A stretch of 64,000 nucleotides of DNA from Callorhinchus milii (taxonomy: Eukaryota): NCBI RefSeq assembly GCF_018977255.1, contig NW_024704743.1, positions 44,084,001 to 44,148,000 on the forward strand. Direction: 5' to 3'. The notes under the pieces were generated by a model. That model did not search any database. It worked only from the letters and a program-made list of their open reading frames with translations, and had not been told where the DNA came from. Positions within the stretch are counted from its first letter, which is position 1. Each line of letters opens with the position of its first letter. Position numbers and translations under genes: made by a program. This document shows positions 10,271-23,217 of the stretch, piece after piece.

Positions 10271-11984
10271 AAGCCAGGTTAACGCCATGAACTAACTAAG
10301 TAAAGTTTTAAGTGAGAGACTCAATTTTCAATCCCAGCCACAAGAAGTGATTTTTAACTTTGAAGCTTTATTCTGCAAAATATTTTGAAGTCAAAATCTG
10401 ACAAAAAAGCAAAAGATCAGCAAAGAAGTATGAAATCAGGTCCCATTATTTCATACTTCTTTGCCTGACATGAGACTAAAAATATTATAAACGTAAACTT
10501 TTAAAGTTAAAAGCTTGTCCTTGTGACTGGGATTCGAAATGGGGTCTTACACTTAAAAATTAAAAACAATGATAGATGTTGTCCCAGTCTGTGAAGCCTG
10601 CAAGTCCCAAACCCACCATTAAACATAGCTTTAAAAGGACACAATTTTAATTGGAATTTCTCTACAGTTTCTTAATTATCGCCAACTGTAATTAAGGAAT
10701 GTGTGGGGAAATATTCCACCTGGGTCTAGATTTACATTATGCAGGACTTTAGAGTGTCCAAAATTTGGCAAGTGCTTAAAAAACAGCTTTAATTTTGAAG
10801 CCTTTTTTCTGTAAGTTTCTTTTTAAAAATTATAGAAAATCAAAGTCAAGACTTAATTGAACTATTTGCTAAATTCTCGCGGCCCTAAAATGCAACATAA
10901 ACAGTGTAAATCTCCAGCCAGGTCAAATTTCTCTGACATAATGTATTTAGGAACAATGTAATTTTGAGCCTATGCAAACATAAAGATTTCTTACAGATTG
11001 CTCTATGCACTTTTCATTGTCCCACCATTGTTTAATACATCAATCTCATAGTTTTGAGATTAACATAACGCTGTGTTTTCGGACAAACATATTGTGGATG
11101 GAGAAACCAAAACCTCAGGGTGTTTCCTATATGAATGAGTATATGACTGAAATCACAATTTCTTAAGCAATTGCCAAAACATGTCATGCAAATTGTGATG
11201 ACACAAACGAGTAAACAAGTTCTGTTTTATTTATTATACTGGAAACTTGGGAGTTGAAAGTTCATTTGGGAATCCAGCCCCTTTGGAGAGACTTCTACCA
11301 TTATGTTAAAGGCACTAAAACTTAAAGCTGACAACGTGAACTGTTGTGATGCAAGGTTTGGCTTAATGTTGAGAATATAGCTGTTACTGTTATGTTTGGC
11401 CTGTTCCTGTATCTCACAGACACTAATTTGCCAGTTGCTCTTCTTCTCGACCACAGTCTGCTTTTGATCACCCTCCACTGAAGTACCACACTCAATTCCG
11501 CAACACAAATCTTGTGCTCACTGCTGTTTAACTCCTTCAGCATCTTCTCCAAACTACAGGAAGTACTGTGATTAAAAGAGAAGTGTTCTTTACTGTTGGT
11601 AAAATCCAGGGCAGACAGTCTTCTCTGCCTGACTCCAGATTACAGAATTGAGTGAAATAGGTTTGGGCAGAGGCTCAATACAGTTTGTCAACACAGCTGA
11701 AAACTGCTTCAATTTCAACATGATTGGCACTAATCCTGCAATCTCACTAAGAGCCAGTATGGGGAAATTGTAAAGCACTCTCAGATGCAGTGAGAGGCAA
11801 CGTTCTCACTTTCAGATTAGGCATATTGTCAAAGCAGTATAGAGGAAGCTTTGTATTGCACCCAGTCAATAAAATACCTTCCCTCAGTAAATCATTCTGT
11901 CATTAGACTTTAAACATGTGTATGTACGCAAACGCAGACATACTGAAATTCCACCTCATTTCAGTATGCCTAGAAGACAATTAT

Positions 11985-13180
11985 AGAACCATAGAAATTT
12001 ACAGAAAGTTGGGCTCTTCGTGGCTGTGCCAGCTCCCTCAAGAGTACTGTTTTTAATTGCCGTTTCCCTATAGCTGACTAATTTTAAGGTATTTTCCTAG
12101 TTTCCTCTTGAAGGCCATTATGGATACTGCCTCAACCAATGCTCCCGGCCGGGCATTCCATTCCACATTATAATTACTGTATGTGTGAAACATTATCTTC
12201 TAACTTCTCCATTTGCTCGTTCACTAACTATCTAATTGATGCCCTCTAGTTACTGACTCATGACCACTGGAAATAATTTCTGCTCATTGATTCTATCAAA
12301 ACCCGTAATAATTTTAAAGACCTCTATCAACTCACTCCTCAACCTTCTTTGTTTCAATGAGGAATCCCAGTTCCTCCTGCCTCCACTCATAGGTCAAACC
12401 ACTCATCCCTGCTATCATCCAAGTAAATCTCCTCTGCCCCACTCTATTGCTTTGACATCTTTCCTAAAGTGAGGTGACCAATACTGAACACAATGTTAAC
12501 TAACAATTTATATAAGTTTAGCATTACTTCTTCGCTTTCAAATGATATACCCCTATTTATAAAACCTAAGATTCTATCAGCTTTTTTGACAGCTTTAAGG
12601 ATTTATGTACATTAACCCCAAATCCCTTTGCTCTTCCAATCCTTTTAATATTTTACCACCCAACATAAACTTATTCACATTATTCTTCCTCCCAAAATGA
12701 ATAGCCTCACATTTGTCCACAATAAATTGCATAAGAAATTTATTTTGCAAATTCTCTGTTAATTCAACTAATCTATGCCTCCCTGAAGAATCCCTTATAC
12801 CAGAATCCTTGGGCAAGTTATTATTAATAATAATAATTATTATTATTATAATTTGATATCTCAAGCCACGATTGTTTGTGGGACACTGCTGTGCGCAATT
12901 GGCTGCCGCATTTCACCCACAAAATATAGTCAGTTCACTTTACAGTATATTCTGTGAAGCGCTTTAGAAGACATGGAAAGCACTCTATCAAATACAAGGA
13001 TTATTATTATTATTATTATATAAATGGAGAAAAGCAGTGGTCCTAATACTGACCCCTGGGGGACACCACTATTTACATCTCCCTATTGCAAATAATAACC
13101 CTGTCCTCCCACATTCTGTTTCCTATCCTTTACCCAAATTGCTACCCATGCTGCTATCGTTCTGTTAATACCATGCTTCC
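11985..13180 (-). mobile_element. Decayed CR1 LINE 3' part with RT motifs, interrupted by a DeuSINE at about 12810-13018 (+)
   Basis: The minus strand encodes SGVPQGSVLGPLL (about 13032-13070) and MQFIVDKCEAIHFGRKN...LEEQRDLG. There is a CR1-type ttctatggttcta tail at about 11985. Confidence 0.85.
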
Positions 13181-13340
13181 GAATGTCTTATAATTTAAGA
13201 CATTGTACAGACTTGTGGAAATACAAAATAGGACTTTAATCTGCAATAGTTTTTTCACTATTCTTAAAAATAACTATTTGCCAAATTAAGATTTAAAGAC
13301 AAAATGGCTTTGGAGGCTAAGATTAGGTGAAATTTGGAGG

Positions 13341-13610
13341 CTAATAATAATAATCCTTGCATTTGATATAGCACTTAATCACTTTGTTGAGACATCTCAA
13401 AGTATTTCACAGAAAATATTATAAAGTGGATTGATTGTATATTTTGTGGGCTGCCAATTGCACACAGTCATGGATTGAGTGACCAATTGTTTGAGGTGAG
13501 GGATTATGACCTCCGGAAAGCAATCTGTCAATCAACTAACAAGGAGTTCCGATTTATTGCTAGATAAATAGAGACATGTGCATAAGGTTTCACCCTGCTC
13601 AGGAATTGGA
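13341..13610 (-). mobile_element. tRNA-Ala DeuSINE, older long variant
   Basis: Tail taataatccttgcatttgatatagc and a diverged body. Confidence 0.8.
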
Positions 13611-13827
13611 AAATTAGCTGGAAAATGTGACTGAGCAGCCAGACAAAGGATAAATTACTTTTCAGATCTAATAAAATACAAAACAAGCATGTAGTGTTTA
13701 TTCCTGCATCCTCAGTCTATTGTTGCCTTATCTTTCCTTCTTTGCTGCTCCTAATTTGGTACAACTGGTATAGGCTCTCTACCCCCCGAGCTACTTCTCA
13801 TTTACCCCACAGTGGCAACCACTTTGT

Positions 13828-14143
13828 GGAGTCCTGTAGCTCAGTGGTTAGAGCACTCGCTTTGCAAGCGAGAGACCTGAGTTCAATTCCAGGCAGGTCA
13901 GGGCGAAACCTTGGGCAAGTTTCCTTACTCCACACGCCTAATAATAATCCCTCCAAAACCAAAAACAATAATAAATTGGTCATTTTCAATCTACGACTGT
14001 TTGTGGGACATTGCTGTGCGCAATTGGCTGCCGCGTTCGCCCACAAATATACAGTCAATTCACTTTACAGTGTGTTCTGTGAAGCGCTTTGGGACATCCT
14101 CCCGACGTGAAAAGCGCTATATCAAATGCAAGGATTATTATTA
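13828..14143 (+). mobile_element. Young full-length tRNA-Ala-derived DeuSINE (resembles the C. milii SINE2 family as I recall it)
   Basis: A box tagctcagtgg, anticodon arm ctcgc-tttgcaa-gcgag (TGC, Ala), B box gttcaattc, Deu core attgctgtgcgcaattggctgccgcgttc, L2-type stem-loop tail and (TTA)n. Confidence 0.95.
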
Positions 14144-14199
14144 TAACTGTTTTGAAGATTAGTCTGGATTAAACTCATCAGTCAACTGACTCTGTATCC

Positions 14200-14585
14200 C
14201 CAACCAATCAACTTCAAGTTCCTCACCTTCATCACTAAATCCTTTTGTGTGCCAGCACCTCCCTATCTCTGTGATCTTCTCCTATCCAATTCCTCTGCTT
14301 ACCTTTTCTGCTTGTGGCCTGCCACCCACTACCTACTTCCTCTGAGCCACCATCAGCAACTCTGGCCTAAACCACTGCAACTCCCACCCTCTATCCTGTC
14401 TCGCCCCCTCTATCTTTAAGATCCCATCCTAAAATTTACCTCTTGAGGCATACATATGTTTATCCCTCATTCCCCCTCCTCCTCTCTCATCTCTTTTGCT
14501 CAGCATCCCGCCCCATCATTGTGAAACACTCAGAGATGTTATCCTCGGCGAAGGCCATTAGGTAAATGCAGTTTTTTTGCTGTTA
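14200..14585 (+). mobile_element. Degenerate L2 3' fragment
   Basis: atcaacttcaagttcctcaccttc (INFKFLT-like) and a terminal tgtgaaacactcagagatg...taaatgcag motif. Confidence 0.6.
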
Positions 14586-15804
14586 ATTCATTCAATTAAG
14601 TTCAAAGTCGTGTTTTTTTAGAGAGTGTAAAAATGAATTAAGAGATTAATCATTTCCAAGATAATCAAATGTTGAGTGAGTTAAATCCTTTCCCCACTGA
14701 ACATAAATAAACCTATTAAACCAATAAATTCAAAGAATGGCTATAAAAATAGAAACCATATTACTAGATTTGGGCTCATTCTGGTCAATGGAGATTAGTT
14801 TTCTTTAGTATGTTTGACAAAGTATCTTAAAATAAATTACAAGTAATAAATGAATTATTATTTTCATGTATCAAATTATTGGTCAGCCTGGCTCAAGTTG
14901 GTAGCGCTATTGCCTCTGAGTCAGAAACTTTTGGGTTCAAGCTCCACGTTGGGACTTTGATGTGGCCAAAGGCACAGTCAAAGAGGAAGGTCTTGAAATG
15001 GTCCTTGAAGGAGGCAAGAGAGAGAGCAAGGCAAAGGGATTCAGGGATGGAGTTCCAGAGGATGGAAGCAGAAAAGCTGAAGGCTCAATGAAAGGCCAAA
15101 TACCAAATACCAGGTTTATTATTCTTCACTCCTCTGCTGCCTCTGCTGCTATTGTTGATGGACATTGGTGAATTGTAATTATATTATTAAGGGAGAAGGG
15201 AATAGAAGGGTATGGAACAGGAGATTAGGAGGGTGGAGGCTCATTTGGAATATAAACATGGCCAGGGACTGCTTCGGCCAAATGGTCTGTTTCAGCGCTG
15301 TGTGGTTTATGTGGAACAAAACTGAATGAAACATAAGTTACATCCTTCGATTCTCCAAAATATCTACCACAAAATGATAGCTTATTCATTCAGATTTATT
15401 TGAAAGAAAAGATGCATTTTTGTTTTTATTTATTTTTAAATGATCCAATTCCATTGCGATACACAGAATGAATAGCATCACAATATTGCTTCAGATAAAG
15501 AGAGTGAGAGTTTTCATAGCAAACTCAACATATAATGAATGAATGGATGGATCTCTGAAATTCTCTTACTGCCCACCACGCTCAGGTCCTGGTCCTCAAC
15601 TGTTCAGCATCGTGGGACGTTCTCCCAACATGAAAAGCGCTTTACGAATGTAATTTTGTTGTTGTTATTAAAATCTAAAACAAATTTCATCTTATTACAA
15701 TCATAATCCTTTATAAATATTTTGAAATGATTTATATCTGCAATTTAGCATCAGTATTAAAAGAAACAGTACTCCAATATGAATGAGTAGTTAATTGTCA
15801 TGCA

Positions 15805-16037
15805 GAAATATATGGAATTCACTACCCCAGAAGGCTGCAGATGCTCAGTCCTTGAACATCTTCAAGGCTGAGACTGATAGATTTTTTTAAAAAAGGGAGG
15901 GATTAGGGGATATGGGGATAGGGCAGGTAATTAGATTCAGGTCTGAAGATCAGCCATGATCTTACTGAATGGCGGGGCAGGCTCGAGGGGCCGAATGGCC
16001 TACTCCTGCTCCTAATTATTATGTTCTTATGTTCTTA
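15805..16037 (+). mobile_element. CR1 LINE 3' end
   Basis: tggaattcactaccccagaaggctg...ggccgaatggcctactcctgctcct followed by an (atgttctt)n octamer tail. Confidence 0.9.
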
Positions 16038-16471
16038 TATATGAAAATGTCATATTGTCACTATTGTATTCCTTACAAGGCAATACTGTTATTACAGACC
16101 CCGGTTTAGTGCTGCTTTGCTTTTCGCACGGGTTAACTGTGGTTATACTGGAGCACAGCCCTCCCAACTTCTGGCACTGACTCACTGGCTTCTCGCATTA
16201 AACATGGCCTGAAGGAAGAGACATCAGTGATGACTTGGAAGATAGCCATTTATTTACGCTTTGTTTTAATAGGGTTGTGAGTTTATTGTCTCACAATATC
16301 ATATTCCCACAGAGTCAACCAATTTTCTTTTATACAGACAGAACCAGGCACAGAATGTTACTTTTAGCAATTGTCATGGTTTCCTGGGACCAAGAATTGT
16401 TAGTAACACCTAGTTACAACATAACTTATTATGTTGGCTCAGCTAATCACAGTGTGCAAGTAAAGAACACA

Positions 16472-16960
16472 CCAACAACAACAAAATGATATTTATATAG
16501 CGCATTTCATGTCGGGAGGATGTCTCAAGGCGCTGGACAGTCAGAGTTACGGACCCGAGCTGAGGGTCAGGGTGGGGGAGGGGGGTGGGCAGGGGGGAAG
16601 CAGGGAGATCGAAAGCACGGTCGAAGAGGTGGGTCTTGAAGGAGAGACTGCGGGATGGAGTTCCAGAGGGTGGGTGGCCCCCCCACCGATAGTGGGGAAG
16701 GCCCATCCGCCGATAGTGGGGCGAGCAAGGCGGGGGACGTGAAGCAGGCCAGAAGGGATTGATTTCAAGATCCTCTCATTCATCTACAAATCCCTTCACG
16801 CACTGGCACTTCTCTACCTTTCTGACCTGCTTACTCTCACTCCACTATCTGCTGCCTCTACTCAACTGGCTCTGGCCTCCTGCTTGTCACTTGTCCCCTC
16901 CACTCCACCATTGGCAGCCGTGCTTTCAGCCACTACTCCCCAAAGCTTTGAAACTCTCCC
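16472..16960. mobile_element. L2 3' end on the minus strand (16472-16752) abutting a plus-strand L2 fragment (16756-16960)
   Basis: Minus: LLHVPRLARPTIGGWAF...FKTHLFDRAF and a (TTG)n tail. Plus: gattgatttcaagatcctc. Confidence 0.85.
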
Positions 16961-17689
16961 CCATGTCTGATCTTAGATACTGAAAGTTCAATTCAGTCCT
17001 ATCTCGTGCGCACTCACCAGCTGCACACCCATATATTTAATAATCAGAGGCTTTCTTAACCCTGGCTATGCCAAGTGTCAATTATGCTTAAATTGTGTCC
17101 AGGTAACGCAGCACAAAGCAGGAATTGAGCTTGTTGCTCTTGAGTCCTTTTGAATGACTTATCGCCACTCCAATTACTGCATTCACACATGAACCATCGA
17201 GGGAGCGAGTAGGTTTACCCTCTTATTATGTTGGTGTCGGTGGAAAGAAGCTGTTACTGTTCCTTCCTCACACTTTCTCCAGCTTTAGGGATTCTGGAAA
17301 GTGACAGAAATTTGTATGTATGATTGGGCCGTGCTTACGTCCTGATTTCCTTTGTTTTGGGACCCGGACAGACCTCCAACTTATTTTCTGATGCAATGGG
17401 CATGGTGGGTTGAAAGAAAATGAATTAATCAGACAAGCAGCAGGTAAACAACACACTGCAATATCTGCTCTGCCCAGAGTACCAGAGCTTCTCATAACTC
17501 ACCAGCATAACAGGGATCTCACACAAGCTTACACATCTCTAGTAATAGTCTTAATGTACAGAGCTGCCCTCTAATTAGAGCATGCAATGTTATTTTGGTT
17601 AAATGTAGTTATCATAGGCCTTCTGCACCACTCCATTTAAAACAATCCTCAACAGGTGAACTGCACTCAGATAGTGACAGAGAGAGAAG

Positions 17690-17920
17690 ATGGGAAGGAG
17701 GAAAGGAAAATAGGGATTGGAAATCTCTATAAATACAACAAGTTAGCACCAGTCTCAGCCTGTTCTTGTTTGGGAGGCAAGCGACGGAGCAAGCTAAAGG
17801 GACTGTAGGATGGAGTTCCAAAGGGTAGGGCAGAGAGGCCCAACCGTGAATGGAGAGGTGGGCTGGGTGGGGGATGTGGAGCAGGCCGGAGACTGCTGAA
17901 TGGAGGGAACGGACAGGTAG
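17690..17920 (-). mobile_element. Degenerate L2 3' fragment
   Basis: gggactgtaggatggagttccaaagggtaggg...gcaggccggag resembles 16640-16750. Confidence 0.65.
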
Positions 17921-18869
17921 ATTTTCAAGTGGATGACAGGACCATTTGACAGGTCAGCAAAATGTTCAGTTAATTAGCAGTAAAACAATATGCCATTGAA
18001 GGCTTCAGTAAATATGAGGTGATATCTGGAAGGCAGAGCAATGAACCAGGTTAAAGTACTTTGGGATATCTTCCTGATGTGAAAGATACTACAGTATATA
18101 AATACAATTAATTGTTATTATTGTGCAAGGCAACAGTGTATACGTATAAATTGTACTGTGTATTGTTAAAACCAGAAAAAGAAATCAAAAGTAAACCAGT
18201 CTCCAAACAATGGTTTTATAATGGATACACAATTCCTCCACAGTTTCCAGAAGAAATTAAATGTCTGATTGGGCTCTGACAGGTAAACAAGCTCACTTTC
18301 CATCCCATATATAGGCCCCATTATTTTATCTACTCAGAAGATCAAGAAACAAAAGTGGACATTTGTTGAGATCCATCATGAACTGCTCTGGAAGATTTAT
18401 GAACCATTTAGTGATATTACACAGTGAAAGTCTAATGATACTAGCAGCATAGGATGCTTGTCTAACTGAGCAATTGTATCAACATTATTTTGCCCAAGAT
18501 TAAACAGAAGATGAGGTTTTGTGGTTGTTAATGCCCAGGGTGCACTCTGGTGAAAGAAAAGAAATAGCTTAAATGTTAGCCAGCAGCAAAATTATTACCT
18601 TGTGACAAAAGGCAGCTTAGCAGTTCTCCCCAGAGATCAATGCTGGTTCTGTAATGGAAATCATAGCCCAGTTTCTGGAGCCTGGACTCTTGACTTTACA
18701 AAAAGAGGAGGTTAAAATTGTCATATTCCTAAATGCATTTTATTCTTTAATTATCACTGGGGATAATTAAGGAATGAATTAGCAGCTGGAAACTGTCTTT
18801 AACACAATTGGCATTAAACACTCACTAGACTGCATTTCTTCTTTGAACTTCCTTCAGCCCATTTGGCCG

Positions 18870-19210
18870 TACCTTATCGCATCTTCGAGACGTCTCAAAG
18901 CGCTTCACAGAATATACTGTAAAGTAAATTGACTGTATATTTTGTGGACAAAACGCAGCAGCCAATTGGGCACAGCAGCCTCCCACAAACAGTCATGGAT
19001 TAAGTGCACAACCTTTTTTTGATTTTGGAAGGGATCAATACCCTGGGAAAGCAATCCACCAATTGACTAAGAATCAGGTTCCTACTTAATGCTTGGTAAA
19101 CAGAGGTGTGAGAAGTAACAAAATATGCCCAACGTTTCGCGCTGCCGGGAATCAAACCGTGGTCCTCTCACTTGCAAGGCAAGTGATCTAACCACAAAAC
19201 TATAGGACTG
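18870..19210 (-). mobile_element. tRNA-Ala DeuSINE, older long variant
   Basis: Full body with the older tail gagacgtctcgaagatgcgataagg. Confidence 0.85.
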
Positions 19211-20264
19211 CAGAGGACTTAATCATTGTTAAGCTAGTACAGGGAAACTCTTCTAAAATGTGATTGTTTAGCTACAGCGCTCTGACATGTTGCCCCGCGT
19301 GAAAGGCAGTATATAAATGGCATTATATAAATGCAAATGGTTGTTGTTGCCAGAAACCGGCTTGTCAGCACTGGAAGACAGGTAATCAGTGCCAGAAAGC
19401 CAAGTGTATCATGTTTTCAGTTATCCCAGGGCCACAGTAGACCTAAGCAAATCAGCATTCAGCTGAATTGCATTCTACTGAGTTGCCATTTAGTTGGCAA
19501 AGATGTGGGAGATCGGCATTCTTCCTAGTCTTATTAAAGATTTTTCCAATGCAATTGGCTGCTCATTTCCTTGTCTTTCTTCCTTCCATAACAATCACTG
19601 CACGTCATTCCAGAATTTATATCAAAACTTTCAAGCCTCACTACAACACGTAGGCCATGACCAGAGTTTGCCCATTTTAAAGGAGAATTTGAAAACTGAA
19701 AGGTGTGTGTGCGAGGATGGGAAGAGGGATGTTTTCCTTCTTCAGGTTTATGAATTTGACATATATATTTAGTTCATATAACTCAAGGCTATCTGACAAC
19801 AATTGTTGATGCTTGTTGGATTTCTTTCCCATTAGTTTCTGACATCTACTTTTACAATAACATGAAAGGCCAATTCCCTGGGATATAAATTACAGATGTA
19901 AATCTGAAGAACGGCCAACATGCAATTTTCTAAGTGGAGGTAGATGGTTCCCAGGCATCACAGTTCTACTTTCGTCACTTTTATAGTTGAGGACAATTTT
20001 AATATGACTTCACTGTAAAGTACAACCTTATTGCTTTGGTTAAGTTTAGTTTTTAAAAGTATTAGTTTTTAAACCAATCTTTGGTTTCCCTCAGTAGCGA
20101 TCAGCTAAACAGATGCTTAACACAAGCATTTTATGTGTCCCTACAAGTTTTGAACCATACAACACCATTCAGCACAAACTTTGCAATATAAGCAAATATT
20201 TATAACATGTCTCAAACAATTTTGTGATTGTGTTGAGTTTGATACAAGTCTTCTATGGTGGGTC

Positions 20265-20862
20265 TCCAAAGGCCGCTGAACCCTGGTCCATGTCTTTGTC
20301 ACCTCTCTGCTGGACTATTCAAACTCCCTCCTCACCGGATTCCCCTCCACTACCATTTATAAAATCCAGGTCATACAAAACTCTGCCGCCCGCATTCTCA
20401 CCCGCACCAAACTCCGCTCCCCAATCACCCCAGTCCTTGCCAGTCTGCACTGGCTGCCTGTGCCAGAGAGGATCAACTTCAAGATCCTCACCCTTTTCTT
20501 CAAATCCCTCCACTCCTTTGCACCCCCCTACCTCTCTGACCTCCTCTCTCCTCACAGCAGTGCTCATTGCCTTTGCTCCACCAGGTCTGGCCTCCTCCTT
20601 GTCCCCCGAATCCTCCGCTGCACCCTCGGCGGCCGTGCCTTCAGCCACTATGCCCCGAGGCTCTGGAACTCCCTTCCTCACTCCCTTCGCCTCGTCCCCT
20701 CTCTTTCTATTTTCAGGTCTCTGTGGAAGACTTTACTTTTCTACTGCGCCTTTGGTCACCTTGCTCCCCCTCCCCCACGCTCGGCCCCGGGATCCGTTAC
20801 TGTGAAGCGCTCTGAGACGCCATCCGGCATGGAGGGTGCTATATAAATCCAAGTTGTTGTTG
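20265..20862 (+). mobile_element. L2 LINE 3' fragment, (GTT)n-tailed subfamily
   Basis: [28 protein letters not shown]...[17 protein letters not shown]. Highly similar to 52588-53130. Confidence 0.92.
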
Positions 20863-20939
20863 GAGTTGCATTCCCATAGCTTAGTTAAAAGCTGATTAGA
20901 ATTGCAATTTTTCAATTGGATTTAAAAGGTTGAGTAACA

Positions 20940-21260
20940 TGGTAATATTAATTCGTATACTATCAAGGTTGAGTAATATTTGCTGAGAAAGTTGGGGAGT
21001 GTTCAAAATATTGAAGGTTAATGTCAAAGTAAATAAGGAAACACTCTTCACTGCAGAATGCTTCACTCTTGAGGAATCTAATACAAGAGGACATAACTCT
21101 AAAATTTCAGATGAGAAGTCCTAAAAAAAATTCTTTACCCAAAGATTTGTGAGATATGAAACAGACTGTCTCAGGACACAGGTCAATTGAGGCGTTATGT
21201 GAAAGATATTCACATAACTCAGAAACTAAGGGTATTAAAGTACAGTATATGGAAAAAAAA
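20940..21260 (+). mobile_element. Highly decayed CR1 fragment
   Basis: gaatctaatacaagaggacataac (ES.TRGH-like) and ttctttacccaaaga. Confidence 0.55.
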
Positions 21261-21309
21261 GCAACAGGATTCACAAAGAATTATTATTTATTAAATTATT
21301 TATTATTTA

Positions 21310-21506
21310 TAAAACAAAACAATAATAAATTGGTCATTTTCAATCCATGACTGTTTGTAGGACACTGCTGTGTGCAATTGGCTGCCGCATTTCGCTCACA
21401 AAATATACAGTCAATTCACTTTACAGCATATTCTGTGAAGCGCTTTGCGACATCTAGAAGACGTGAAAAGAGCTATATCAAATGCAAGGATTAATATTAT
21501 TATTAT
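21310..21506 (+). mobile_element. 5'-truncated tRNA-Ala DeuSINE
   Basis: Deu core and (TTA)n tail. Confidence 0.9.
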
Positions 21507-21560
21507 TCAATAAATATTAAATTCTGCCATTAACAATGCATATGTATATCTATATATCAG

Positions 21561-22237
21561 TGTTAGAAAAGGTTGATTTTAATAGTTTGTAAGAAGAGCA
21601 ATAGAAGAATTAATAGTGAATATATATATATGCATATCAATACCCATATATGCATGGCGGTAGGAAACAGAGGTTCTGAAAGGCCAACAGTCAGTCAGTC
21701 AGTTGTGAAGGGTCCAAGAAATCTGCATTCCTTGAGGGGACCTGAGTAAAGCTGCTCAGTATTCTGTGAACATATGTTTCTACCAGACAGAGACAGGCTC
21801 CGGCCTTGGAAGGGAGAAGCAAGATGTCCTGTGTTGAAGAATAATGAGCTGCTTTGTCTCAAAAGGGTCTGCTCATCTAGAAGATATGGGTACAAGGATG
21901 AGCAAGGGTCGAGTACTTTGGGTACTCGTTAAGATGCTTGACTGGAGAAGAAGGGGGGGAAGATCCCAAGGTGGAAAAAGTATAAGCACCCTGACTTTAG
22001 GCAAGTAAGGCAGCAGATCCAGCCAGACAAAGAGGGCAGCCGAACCATCGGAGAGAAGGTGTGCTGAAACCATCGCAACTGACTGACTGCTCCAAAACTA
22101 GTAGTATAAGTTCCATTACTTGTAGTGGCCGTATTATTTACTAGTTTTGTATGTGTTACCTTGATTAATAAATCTCTATTACACCTTAATTGGATTGTCG
22201 GGTCATTATTTGAACCTCGGGATCGGAAATCCCAACA
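21561..22237 (+). mobile_element. Solo LTR (677 bp) of an ERV or LTR retrotransposon
   Basis: TGTT...AACA ends, perfect 4-bp TSD TCAG (21557-21560 and 22238-22241), TATA-like tataag at 21981 and AATAAA at 22167. Confidence 0.8.
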
Positions 22238-22269
22238 TCAGGAACTTGGAAGTGTGTCATATTGCATTG

Positions 22270-22695
22270 GAGCACAGTTTCTGTTGATCATTATGACTTA
22301 CTTGGTCCTCACTCAGAAAACCCTCCATGGCCTTGCCCCCCCATCTACCTCTGCAACCTCCTAACTCGCTACCAACCTGCCCGCTCCCACCGCTCAGCAG
22401 GCTCCAGCCTGCTTCACGCCCACTGGTGGGCGGGCCTTCAGCCACTCTGCCCCCACCCTCTGGAATTCCATCCCGCAGTACCTCTGTCTGCCCCCTCCCA
22501 TGCCCCCTTCAAGACCCATCTCAAGACCCTCCTCTTCGATCGTGCCTTCAATTACCCTCCCCCCCCCCCCAACCCCTCCCCCCGCCTGCCCTCCACCCTC
22601 TCCGATTCCGACCCCCAGCTCGGGTCAGTAACATTGATTGTCCAGCACCTTAAGACGTGAAAGGCGGTACACAAATTTAATTTTATTGTTGTTGT
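22270..22695 (+). mobile_element. L2 3' fragment
   Basis: KTLHGLAPP...FKTHLKTLLFDRAF and a (TTG) tail. Confidence 0.88.
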
Positions 22696-22703
22696 CACAT
22701 TTA

Positions 22704-23085
22704 TGGAATCCTTTACCTTAGTGTTTAGAGCATTCGCCTTGCAAACAAGAGGACCTGTATTTGATTCCCAGTCGGGGTGAAACATTGGGCAAGTTTCCTT
22801 ACTCCAAATGCTTCTGTTTAACAAGCAGTAAGTAGGAACCCAGCTGTAAGTCGATTGGCAATCGCTTTTCTGAGGGTAATAATCCCTTAATTTTTTAAAA
22901 AAATACAAAACAATTTGGTCATTTAATACACAAATGTTTGTGGGACACTGCTCTGCACAATTGGCTGCTGCATTTCGCCCACAAAATATACAGACAATTT
23001 ACTTTACAGTATATTCTGTGAAGCCCTTTGAGACGTCTCAAAGATGTGATAAGGCGTTATATAAATGCAAAGTTTATTATCATTA
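22704..23085 (+). mobile_element. tRNA-Ala DeuSINE, older long variant, full length
   Basis: Diverged tRNA head, long internal segment and tail. Confidence 0.85.
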
Positions 23086-23217
23086 ATTAAACTCTGCTCC
23101 CTCACATGGAATGTGTTAGACTGAGTCAAGCTTTCACTATGCTAAACACATTAAGTGGAATTTTAATGTAATACTTTGACCTAGTTTGGATTTGATAGCT
23201 GTGTTTGCAGCGGTTTG

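Noticed and set aside
13828..13905. Apparent tRNA-Ala(TGC) genes, also at 30826, 31010, 33251 and about 35650
   Set aside because: They are SINE heads: there is no proper acceptor stem and each continues directly into the SINE body.
16472..16960. Possible twin-priming 5' inversion of one L2
   Set aside because: The two oppositely oriented pieces cover overlapping L2 regions and look like different subfamilies.
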